From Lepidodermella squamata (taxonomy: Eukaryota > Animalia > Gastrotricha): 64,000 nucleotides of DNA. The position numbers were made by a program, and so were the translations under genes. The DNA lies in assembly GCA_047495785.1 (NCBI GenBank), contig JBLDXI010000054.1, positions 2,232,001-2,296,000 on the forward strand. The letters run 5' to 3'. The notes beneath the pieces are model-generated. The model had not been told where the DNA came from. It worked only from the letters and a program-made list of their open reading frames with translations, and made no database searches. How positions within the stretch are numbered: position 1 is the stretch's first letter; each line of letters begins with the position of its first letter. Below, piece after piece: positions 46,601-57,941 of the stretch.

Positions 46601-49600
46601 TTTCATGTGATGGGCATTATATTTCATCCCAAATCTACGAAATACTGCTTTTTATGTGATTCCCCCTAGCGGATTTTTAAAAAATGGGATGGCAGCAAAA
46701 GCTACCATTGGCCTTTAGGGCGTTTTATTTTTATGGAATTTCGAATTAATAATTAAGCAGGATGTTTTTATTTCGATTTCTTATTTCTTATTTCTTATTT
46801 CTTATTTCTTATTTTTTATTTTTTTTATTTTGTTCTACCTTTTCTAGTCTAAAACTATTTTACCTTTCAGATTGTTTGAGTTCAATGTGAAAATTCCAGT
46901 GGAAAAGGACTTGTACGTGCGACTTCGCGATTTCGATTTAATCGGAGGCGATGATATCATCGGTGAGACGAAAATCGACCTCGAAAACCGGCTGATGACG
47001 CAACACCGCGCCACAACCGGCCTACCCGAGTGCTACCTGGACAGCATCGCGGTCATGGAACGAAGCGAAAATCCAGAAGCCGTAGTCTCAAACCCGCTGG
47101 TATGGCGCGACACCGAGAAACCGAGCGATATCCTGAAAACCGTGTGCCAGCGGCGAAAAATGGGCCCGCTGGTTTTCCCGGACCGGGACACGATCAAAAT
47201 CGGCGAGAGGGTGTTCAAACGCAGTTATTTCCCTAAGCGGCGTGAGAGCCCATTTTTGGCGAAAAAATCGAAAAAAGAGAAGAAGGAAAAGCACAAAACT
47301 CTAACGGATTCGATGATAACCGGCGGCGGGATTGACGAGCAATTTTGCCTGGATGTCCTGAATTTGTTCGAATTAGTGCCCGAACACGTTGAACGGCGGC
47401 CGTTGTTCAGCGAGAACCAACCTGGGGTCGAGCAGGGCCGAGTTCACCTGTGGGTTGACATGTTCCCAGGCCCGCCGGCTAACCTGCCCCTACCGCGCGA
47501 CATCCGCCCGAGGAAGCCGGTTAAATTCGAGCTGAGATGCGTGATTTGGAACACGAAAGAAGTCATTTTATCCGACACGTCGCTCACCGGTGAGAAATCG
47601 GTGGATATCTACGTCAAGGCGTGGCTGAAGGGCATGGAGGAGGACATTCAGGAGACGGATGTTCACTACAACTCGCCCGATGGTGATGGCATGTTCAACT
47701 GGCGGTTCATTTTCAAATTCGACTATCTAACCGCGGAACGGCGTATTGTTGTCAAGAAAAAGGAGCATTTCTGGTCGGTTGATGAGACTGAAATGAAATT
47801 TGCGCCGATTCTTGTCGTTCAAATCTGGGACAATGACCAGTTTTCCGCCGATGATTTTCTCGGGCAGATTGAAATGAGCCTGCCGGCTATTCCTAAACCG
47901 GCTAAAGACGCTGAGAATTGTAAACTGGATATGTTAGCCCAGTTCGGCGGTAGTAAAGCCGCACCGGTTTGTAACCTCTTCACTGCTAAGCGGTTAAAGG
48001 GCTTCTGGCCTACCTATGGCGAACCCGAGGGTTCGTCTACCATGGAACTAGCGGGTAAGCTTGAGATGGAAATCGAGCTGTTGGAGGAGGAGGATGCGAA
48101 GCAGAAGCCAGCAGCTAGGGCTCGCGAGGAGCCGAACGCGAATCCGCATCTGGACCCGCCGAATCGGCCTGAGACGTCGTTCATGGCATTCACGAATCCG
48201 TTGAAGATGTTCAATTTCGGCATCTGGCGCAAGTACAAGTACAAGTTCCTCTTCGCTGTGTTCATTTTTCTCGCGTTTTTGCTCCTATTCTTGGCGCTTT
48301 ATTCGTTCCCGGTGAGTTCAATTTATTTTTCAATTTTATAGGTAAATTTTGGCGACCCTCCGCTAAAATGAAGGCGTTTTTGGGTAGTGCATTTTTATTC
48401 ATACGATTTAAGGTATAGTGCATATTTTCAATTTTCACATCGCTGCCGGTGTTGAGAATCGCTGCCTTAGACACGTAATGAGAAAATATATTCTTCAAAA
48501 GTAATTTCTTTTTGACCTTCGATAAAAGTATATAGATCATACAGATAGCTTAACATGGTATCGACCACGTGGCAAATTGGGAACGTGGAACGTGGGCAAA
48601 CTTGAACTATTCAAGCCGGCGAGTGATTAGAATACCTCCAAAAAAGACCGGGCAATTCAAATCGTTTTCAGTCTCTGATTAGTTCGAGAAATGAAGGGAC
48701 TGACGTAAACTGCTTTGCTGCCAATCGGATCTTAGTAAATCTGCTATCAAGTGAGACGGTTTTTCCGGCGTAAGGCGTCAGGGTAATATTCTCAAGAAGT
48801 AGCTGAGACGGCCTTTAACAAGAAGAGCGTGCTCGGAGAGGTCGCGCCATGCTTCGCCTTTCGTCACACAAATAGATTTTTCGGCGTTCCTAAAAATGTC
48901 GGCAACTTTTATTAATCCAAAGTAGAACCGTTGATAAAATCTCACTTAGTCGCCTTTCGGGCATTCTTTGTCTTCGAAGACTTTGAATACCGTCGCCTTA
49001 AGGTTGATAGGAACCTTATCAACCTTTCTCTTTACCAGGTCCGATACACTAAGAAACGTCATCGCCTCAGAATCCACTTCCGAGCTAGCCGAACGTCCCT
49101 TACACTTGCCCTTTGCGCTTGGTGAATCATCTCTTTTTCCGCTGACACCAAAACAGTCGTAATGTCCTTTCCACGAATTTGGGGCTTCATATGAAGTAAA
49201 GATTAGAAAACCAAATAGCGGATAAAGTTATACCTGGATTCTAGCATCCTTGAATCTATACAGAATTGAACTAATCGATCCGAAACTCATTATCTTTGAG
49301 CCTCCGAGAAAAATGAATCCCCAGCAGAAACGTATCCTCAAAGAAACGTTGGCGTTTTCCCGCGGCCATAGCCGCTTGCTCCGTTGCTGGCGTAACCGCT
49401 GCTTGGCCCGCTGGTAGCATTGCCACTGGCAGATCCGCTGGGGTTGCCAACAGCGCTGGATGCGGCCTTGTCCTTAACTGCCCACTCGAGGTTGACGAGG
49501 CGGACAATTATGCCGTCGAAAGCTTTCTCTGAGGCCGTTTTTGAGTCCTTGACATCTGAAGTCTAGGGCAAAAGATATTTTTCAATTTGCTCAATTCTTT

Positions 49601-51109
49601 GTACGCTGACAATGCCAGGGCTTCTGTGCAATCAAATGTGGATTTTGTGGCTGTTGTGAGGGCCAGGCGGACTTTGTGGTCGGCCAGGCCTTCGTGAAAG
49701 GTATTTATTAGGGTGTCGACTTCTACCCCGAGGCGCGCTGCAAGTAAGCGGAGGGCCGAAGCGTATGCTTCGATCGATTCGCATTGAGAATGCAATACAC
49801 AGTAAACATGAGTAAAACCACTAACAACGCTCCTAAAAACGCCCATTTGGCTTTAATAATACCGCCTGAGACGACCACTATTCGAGGTAAACTGACTTCG
49901 TCGGAGGAAATATTCGCGCCGTAGTAATCGCACTATAGAAAATAGCGAAAAATCGGGAATCAGCAAGAAAGTGTGCATATTTCCAGGACTCCAAGAAAGT
50001 AATGGTAGTATGACAGTAGCATACAATTTCTAAGGGGTCAAAATGAAGAGTGAAGAAAAGCCGGAATTGAAAGCAGTTTGATCGGTGAATGAGTTTCGAT
50101 TTTAGTCCACGAGACATGGTCACACTTACTTGATAACAGCGTTTTTTCAGCATAAGATCGGTTTCGTAGCCACGCGCTCCTGGTTCGAGTAGGTTAGACG
50201 TGAGGAAAACTGTTTTCTTGACTTTTTTGGCAGGTGAAAGCTTTTCGCAAGTGGGACTTTCGGCCGGGGATGTAGAATCACTTTGATGGATGGACGCGAC
50301 AACTTTTACAACTGGGATCTCTGACATATCTGACATCAATAATAATAGTAGGATCTTATAAAAGTCCTTCTATGAGAGCTTGCTGTATTTTTGGGACTGT
50401 TGGCGGTGGTATGCGATTTACAAGCATAAACCGAATGTTAGAAATACACTCTGGAAGCGAGTTGAACAGAACCCATCTTTGCCAACGTATTTCAACCGGG
50501 ACATTTGCTCTATACAAAATCAACTTTTTGTCCGGATGGAATTTCGGCGAAAAACTTGGACGGGCGATGGCTAGCCGGAGAGTTGGGATTGTTAATGTGC
50601 TCAGCGGAAATAATTATACAGAGTGGATAGTCGTACATCGTTGATGTATGTTTAAGGATTATTCGTAAATCAAGTGTATTATTCATGTTATTCATGAAAA
50701 TTGAAAGAGCAAGTGTGAGAAATTAAAGTTGAACGAAAAAAATCAGGAATTAATAAATTAGGAAACAATATGCGGAGCTAATTGCTAGATAAATAAAAAA
50801 GGCGATGTAAATAACAAATCCTGAGAAATCAAATAAAATCAAATCAGGTGAAATACCGAAAATTACTATCTGGATTTTTCGGTTTTTTGGAATTTTTTTT
50901 ATTTCCTGCACCAAGTTTTGCAATCAGAAAATGACTGCGTAACTTACATGGGACACGTTGGGTAACTTTTATTGTTACCGCTAAAAAAATTTAATTTAAT
51001 TGCATTTCGTCCGATTTTTATTGCTAAAAATCCAACAATAATTACGTATATTTTTCTATTATTTTTTTAGGGTGCTGTTGTCAACCGAATCGTCAATCCC
51101 GCTGGATAA
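37633..51109 (+). CDS. Type I ferlin (dysferlin/myoferlin-like): C2 domains, Fer domains, nested DysF, C-terminal TM
   Basis: C2 motifs, FGPTWVNFYGSPRE, DysF (PPGW.W...W...D.EGW.Y...RRRRWIRKR), DFWSRYYAS, ETDVHY.S.DGDGMFNWRF, PNRPETSF. Final exon found by hand at 51071-51109 (GAVVNRIVNPAG*), in phase with ...LYSFP|GT at 48311. Confidence 0.93.
43200..45430 (-). pseudogene. Nested antisense degraded gene or element ORF in the ferlin intron 42590-45523
   Basis: ORF 45430-45077 continues in frame past a TAG into 45061-44741, then frameshifts. Further pieces at ~43990-43830 (CHC...FVECSTCFW, GRF-finger-like) and 43793-43380 with scattered stops. Confidence 0.5.
46777..46813. repeat. (TTATTTC)n tandem repeat in a ferlin intron
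   Basis: About five 7-bp units read directly. Confidence 0.8.
48680..49860 (-). mobile_element. Degraded retrotransposon gag (plus possible protease) relic in the last ferlin intron (48312-51070)
   Basis: SQCESIEAYASALRLLAARLG..DTLINTFHEGLADHKVRLAL matches the gag Q..ES...Y...L..LA...F..GL pattern. Broken HGATS / ITLTPYAGKP downstream could be protease remnants. Confidence 0.65.
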
Positions 51110-51746
51110 CAAAAGACGCATGTGTCGATCAAATAACCCAGTTCGTTACGATAATTCAATTCATTTCCTTATCTTATCAAATGAAAATTTATTGTGTTGC
51201 CTAAAAGGTGAAATGCGTCTCATTTTTTGTTATGATTTACGCTTATATTATGGTGAAATATTTTGTGTTGTTGAATATTTGAGTAATTTAATAGCGACTT
51301 TCGCGATCTCCGTCCTCTTCTTGCTCCATTATAACATTATTCCCTTGCAACAAAATCATAATATAGCCTTAGTCCTTCATCGTCCTCTACTTATGCATTT
51401 TAGTCATTTTCGTGTGTTTGCGAAAACTTGACTGCTCGGCGCTTGTTTGCGCTGCGGCTTGTTAGGGCTAATAATATTGAAATAAAAAGACGATACTGTG
51501 AGTGATAACATCTCATATTGGCTCTGTAGTATGGTTGCTTGATCGATTTTTTTTCGTCGCGCGCCCGCGCGCTCAGGAGGCAACAAGTTCCGGCCGTTGT
51601 CGCATTCAAAATTCGAAATGAGCGCGCTAAAAGTCACAAAAAAATCTTACACAAGTAATAAGTTATACGCTCCACTTATTGCTGTTCTTTTCTAGGTCTA
51701 GTAATAAAGTCGTCCTTGTTTTTTTGCAACTTGTATATGAGCTGAA

Positions 51747-53751
51747 ATGACGCTGAATTTCGACGACCGAGTTTTGGGCGAGAAGGCCGAGAATTACGTG
51801 AGCAGCAGCGAGGAAAGTGAAGATGAAGCTGGGCCTTCTGTTGGCGCCGTGGCAGCCGAAATTATGGCCAGCAGCCGAGCTGTTCGGGTATGAACACATT
51901 ACACATTTATTCGCTAACTGAGTTTGGTATTTGTTTTATGAAAATCGGTGACTGGTTCCTATAGGCTTAAAATTTGAGGATCAAGCACTGAATTTCCCCA
52001 AATTTTCAGTTTTTTTGCCAATTTTTTTATCTTCAACCGATGGTCGGTATATTTTCGCTATCGAAGGTCTTTTTTGAGCCTGCCTAGTTGATATCGATTC
52101 CTGGTATCGATTTTACAAAAATCAGTGATTTTTTCGATTTTTCAGTAATTTTTTCGCTATTTGGAAGCCTAAAATAAAAAAAATTGTCCGCAATACCTGA
52201 GGGTATTAAGGTAGCTGAAATCAATTTATACTTTTCGAATCAGGAAATGTGTTAACGTTGGCAAAAAGGGAGCACTCCTTTTGGAAAAGTGGGATTTTAT
52301 TTCCTCAGAAAAATCTTATAATTTGTTGATTTATTCAATTTCCGTTCTATATTTGAACGCGTAGGAAAATTTCAACCAATCAGCTAATAAAATAACCAAA
52401 TCTTTGGTCACGGGGACAATAAGGCTAATGTTATTAGCGGTCGTGAAAAAATTCCTGAAAATCAAATTTCAGAATTACTCAATTGTTTATTTTTTTCGAT
52501 CGAATAATCTCATATTTTTTGTGTTTCTCTATAGACTGGGCCAAAAGGCGTGCTAGAAGACTATCAAGATTTCTGCCGGGAAGAGAAAGAGCGGCGAATT
52601 GAAGAACAGGCGAATTTCTATGCACGGCTCAAGGCGACTGCGATGTCGGTGAAAAGCGACCGCGAGGAAGAAGAGGAGCGGCGCAGGCTCGAGGAAGAGT
52701 ACAAACTGCACAGCGAGAAGAGCAAGGACGAGGAAGACGACGACGAATTCATGAAAGAGTACCGGCTGAAGCGAATGCGAGAAATGTACCGCTCTCAACA
52801 AGCTTCCATGTAAATATTTATTAAAATTTTAAAATTCATGAAATCAATAGTTTATTCGAATTTCTATCCAATTAGTAAAATTTAAATTTCATGGAATATA
52901 AGTAAATTCTCTTGAATCATCACATTTCTGATTTGTTCTTGAACCTAACAATTTGAAAGTTTTTTCCCATTTTTTTCGAATAATCTCAAATTTCAATTTT
53001 TGAATTTTGTTCGTGTATGAAATTTCTAAAATTTAAAACTTCGAAATTTTGATAATATAATGAAATTCTCGAATTTGAATGTTTATTCGATATTTTTCTT
53101 AATTTAGAGTTCAGGATTTGAAAGTTTGAACTTTTTTTTCATTTTTCATGACTTAAGGAGTCGATTTGGTGCTTTGTTAACGCTGAATGCTGACAATTTT
53201 GTGTCCGAAATCGATAAAGAATCGCCCCGGACTGTTGTCGTTGTCCACGTTTACGAGCCGGATATTGCCGCCTGTGACGCGATGAACGGCTGTCTCATCG
53301 TCCTCGCCTCGGATCATCCAACCGTGAAATTTTGCCGAATTCGGGCATCAGCCGTTAAAATGAGCCATAAATTCGTATGTTCGATTTTTCTCGAATTTTT
53401 TTAAATTTTAACGATTTATTTGTTAATTTAGATGACGAAGGGCTTGCCTACTATTCTCGTCTATCAGAATAAACAGCTCATTTCGAGTTTTGTTTCCATT
53501 TCTCAATACCTTGGAACTGACTTTTTCGCCAAGGATGTCGAGCGATTTCTGCAAGAGTGAGTCTTGGAAAAATTTTCAAATTTTTTTGAATATTTTTCGA
53601 ATTTTCTAGGTATGGCTTGCTGTGCGAAAATGAGCCGTCGAAAATGCTCGGCTCGCCCAATGTACCGAAACCAGTTCGCGAACCAGCTGCTCAGAAGCCG
53701 AATCCTCAGCGGTTGAACTCGGATTCCGGAGATGATGATGATGACGAATGA
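51747..53751 (+). CDS. PDCL: Phosducin-like protein 1 (PhLP1), 5 exons
   Basis: N-terminal DDRVLGEKAENYVSSSE, signature TGPKGVLEDY, FVSEIDKE...VVVHVYE...MNGCL..LA..HPTVKFCRI, GLPTILVY. Confidence 0.93.
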
Positions 53752-54119
53752 TCATAGCGAAGCCACATAGCAAAAAATGCATGCTCATTTTTCGCGTCTC
53801 AATATCAATCTCTCTCGTTATTCATGCCGAAATTTCAAACTTCTTTATCGGTGTCAAAAAATGATAATAATGTCACGTGATTCTTTGATTTGTCTCGTTT
53901 TTGAGTTAGTTAGTTGAACGTTTTTTTTATCGATTGCGCTTTATGATTTTTGCCAAAATAAAATTGCAGCGGTGTTTTTTTCTGAAACGAGTTTTATTGC
54001 AATAAAGGTGTCTATAACATGAACGCAACTCTCACAATAATTTCCCAAAATAAATTTCGACCACAAAAAATAAACATAAATAGACGTCAAATTTCTTGAG
54101 TGATTTTCCTTGCTAATTT

Positions 54120-55832
54120 CTAAGCAGTTGGGTTGATGGGGTCGGTTTCGCGAAGGCCGATCGTAGTGTGGGTCGAGAGAGGCTGTTCGTCGCAGAGATA
54201 ACCGTTTCTTGACGCGTTAAGCTCGTCGTGTTGCAGCAGGCTCTCGTCGTCGTCGTTAACGTCGTTGTACTCCTTGTTGTAGGTGAAGCGTTCGAACGGG
54301 TTTGAGGGGCGGCGGATGCGGCAGACGTAAGCTGATCCGACTGCGGAGATGACGGCGATGAACATTAGGACTAGGCCGATGGCAATCAGCAGTAGATAGC
54401 CGCGGTCTTCTTCGCGATCTTGCGTTCCGGATGACGCGGAATCGTCGTCTTGGAACGGGTTCGAGGCGAACTGGCTCAAATCTTCGCCTAAAAAGATTAT
54501 TTAAAATTTAAATTTAAAGATTTAAAGATTATTTAAATTTGGCGGGGAAAATCAACTATTTTGAAGGTTCTTGATTTAATTCGATTCAATTCAGAATTCA
54601 CTTACGAATTCCAAAATTTAAAACATCCACCTTAAAAATTTTTTTAATAAGAAATATAGCACTTTTCTCACCGATTTTGTGCGAAATGCAAACGGCGCCA
54701 ATGAGCCCGCTGACTTCGAACGTCGTAGCGTTGAGGCTTGCGCGGCTTTCGTCGATGTTAACCGCGGCAACGGCATCGAGTTCGCCTTTAGCCTGCTTGT
54801 AAGACACGCATGCAATGCCGTTGTGAACAGACAGGCGCATAATTTGATCCACAGAGCTCCACGAGGCAATGCGAACCTCGTAAGACCTAGGAAAAAATAT
54901 ATTTAAAATTTAAAAAATTTAAAAAAATTGACTAACCTAACGATTTCACCGTTTCGAATCTGGTTCAGGGTGATTTGTGACAATGAGTTGACACCAGCTA
55001 CCCACAATTCACTCTTTTCGTCGTCGTAAGCAATCGCAACCGCATCTTTCGCCTCAAATTTCTCCAGCTCAACCACCTTAGTCAACACGTCAGAATCACC
55101 GACGAAGACACCCCTCGCCACGCCGTTGCCATCCAACGCCTTGAACACCGTGAAAACATCGAGGCTAGCCGTAGTTAAATCAACGATTTGCTTGCTACTT
55201 TCCATCGGCTCTTTAACCACCTTGAAAGGCTCGGATGCGCATGACATCACATTGCCGACCTCTTTATCGGCCTGTGAAATCTGGGCGCACTTGACCTTTT
55301 TAACGTAGGCCGTAGTCGCCGCGTCCAGTGACGACCACATATAGTAGGTCATTTTTTTCTTGTCCTCGGAATTCTTCGCCAGGAATCGAACTCGGTCGGC
55401 GGAGAAGCCGTCATCAGACGCCGTCGTAGTCATGTTAGCGCCCTGAACCAGCCGAGCTTTATTCGCCGTGAAATCCGAGTAAGAAATCACGCTCGGAAAT
55501 TCAATGACGTAGAACTGGCTGAGGCCGAGTTTCCACTCGGTCAATAAAGCCAGGCGGCGCGTTTTGTGGTCGAAATCATAGTCGAGATTAGCGCCCGACC
55601 AGGCGTAGTAGGGCAGTTCGAGTTTTTTGTAACCCTCCGTTGCTAAGGGTTGAATTCGAACTGATTTGTGCGTGATGACAAGCGCCGAAGCTTCGCGAGC
55701 CAATTCATCGCTCAGCTTCGTGTCGTCGACCGTGTCGTTCGAAACGCCGGCCAGGCTAAGCCGGTACGAAGCATCAATAGGCCGTGAAATTAGGAGGAAA
55801 CAACCGAAAATTACGGGCAAAACGGTGATCAT
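54120..55832 (-). CDS. Uncharacterised type I single-pass membrane protein (3 exons)
   Basis: Signal peptide MITVLPVIFGCFLLISRPIDA; exons 55832-54937, 54886-54672 and 54487-54120 in phase; TM YLLLIAIGLVLMFIAVISAVGSAYVC followed by RIRR. Confidence 0.75.
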
Positions 55833-56714
55833 TTTATTAGTCAAGAGAAATAAAATAAATAAAACTGAGCACAGATTTTGTATTTCATCGTCAAAGTGCC
55901 AGCTTGATTTTTTTCTGGCTCGTGCCTTTCTCATTTTTCCACGCGATTCTTATCCAGATGAAGAATAATCTAGGCAATTCGGACTGGGACTTTTTTGTCA
56001 ATGATTCATAAAATACGAGAAGGGTATTTTTAGCGAACATTGAGAATAACCATGTGATGGACATCGGTCAATATCGGTGAAGAAAATTAAAAGCAGGAGT
56101 CGCAATAAATCTAAAGAAAATTGTCACGCTCAAATTTAGCAATAATGGGGAACCTAAAAAGCGAAAGTTTGATCAATTTTTCGATAATTTTATGAAAATT
56201 CCGGAATTTACCGCTGAACTCGAATCTATTTTTTTCGATCATAAACATTTTTGGAAAATGCATTACAAGTTTCGGAGTTTTTTCAATTATTTTTCAAATT
56301 CAATTTATTTCCATTTTAAAACATAAACATTTACCGGGAATCGGCGTGAAATGTTATTTGGCAGAATTTAATTATAGTAGCGGCCATTTCGCTCAATCAG
56401 GTCAGATTGGTATTTTTTCCCCCCGCACCTCTCGCCGTCGGTTTTGAATGTCCGCTACGCTCGACTTGAGGCGGGTTTTTTTTCGAACGAGGACCGGCTC
56501 TCAGGTGCGCATTTGTAGCAATCGCATCACACATCATTAAGACTCCGAAATAAAAAGCGCCCGAAATGGCTCATTAGCCACCGGCTAGACTCCTGGTTCA
56601 CTTTGTTTTAAGCCGGTTCACTTTTCAATACCTATTTCAGTAACATTTTTCAACCACAAATCAAACGCTCTAATTTATTTGCAATATTGCTTTATTTTTG
56701 CGATATTCCTAATA

Positions 56715-57250
56715 ATGGCCGATGCAGCTAGCGAATCTGGGAAAAAGTCCGAAGTAGCCGATAAGGTTGCGTTCTTCTCGAATCTGACTGTTAAAGAGAC
56801 GAAAACCGTCGAGGTTGATTCGAAATTTACGATCAACAACGGCGGTGATAACAAGGCGCATTCGGCGACGATTAATCTCGACACGAATGGAAATCAAATT
56901 ACCCTGACGAACTCGACCAAGGCTGGCGATAATCAGGATGTGGTGAGTACTTTATTTCATTTTTTGCTATTACCTATCAGGATTTAAATAGGATGCTAGC
57001 TCAAGCCTCAGCGTCAAGAATAGCGATCCTAATAACAAGGTTCACAAGGCCGCTATAACATTCGGCATTGACTTGGATCTGAAAGGTCAGTTCATGCTTT
57101 TGATGAGAAATGTTGGTAATTTTATCCTATATTTCAGATGGAATCAATACAATTGGTGCCAATGCTAGTATCAATGCTAACGGCCGGCACCTGAGCACAA
57201 GCAGCAGCAAGCCAAGCTCGCGGCGAACTTCGAACATCAGCGGCAAATAA
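56715..57250 (+). CDS. Small orphan protein with two internal Asn/Thr-rich repeats (3 exons; true start uncertain)
   Basis: Exons 56715-56942, 56992-57085 and 57138-57250 join in frame. NNGGDNKAHSATINLD resembles NSDPNNKVHKAAITFGID. Confidence 0.55.
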
Positions 57251-57413
57251 TTCTTCCTAGATGCTTCATGAAATTCGAATCACATTCATACACAATGATT
57301 CTGTTGGAAAAAGACAATGAAATTATACTCCCCATATATAAATATACTGTTTTCGCTGCCCCTAATTTTCATCAATTGCCGAGCTGAGCAAATTATCACT
57401 GCCATTCCAGATA

Positions 57414-57646
57414 CCGTAGAGCGGTACAATTTTGAACAGGGTACAACTTTGAACATTTTTTCAAAAGTACAATTTTGAACGAACGTTTGCATTGAAAATT
57501 TCGTTAATGTTCAAAATTGTACTTCACACTCACGAAAGTACAATTTTGAACACTTTCATTTTTTTCAATGCAAACATTCGTTCAAAATTGTACTTTTGAA
57601 AAAATGTTCAAAGTTGTACCCTGTTCAAAATTGTACCGCTCTACGG
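57414..57646. mobile_element. Palindromic MITE with TA target-site duplication (Tc1/mariner-pogo type)
   Basis: TA|CCGTAGAGCGGTACAATTTTGAACAGGG...CCCTGTTCAAAATTGTACCGCTCTACGG|TA; ~85-bp near-perfect inverted arms built of gtacaattttgaac subrepeats. Confidence 0.92.
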
Positions 57647-57941
57647 TATTCAATTTTAAATTAGAATAAAGAAAGCAATGTCTTGTAAATTTTACAGGGC
57701 GCCAATTTATATGAATGCTTTTATTTATATGACACGAGTGCTGAAAGACAGCATATACTGTGAAACTGGGAGGATATAAAAAATTGAAGTTTCTTTACTT
57801 CATACCGGGGCTCATCATCAACAGGAAATTGAATTTAAAAGTAAGATTTAATGTTATAATACCACTAAAACTTAAGAAACAATATTGAGAAGACCAGTCG
57901 AGGTACAATGATGCAACAATGTATGTAATAAAATACAAGAA

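Noticed and set aside
49878-50695. 153-aa and shorter ORFs in the last ferlin intron as genes
   Set aside because: No motifs; adjacent to the gag relic and most likely element debris.
57421-57640. gtacaattttgaac repeats as a CRISPR-like array
   Set aside because: The repeats occur in both orientations with no unique spacers and are explained by the MITE arms.
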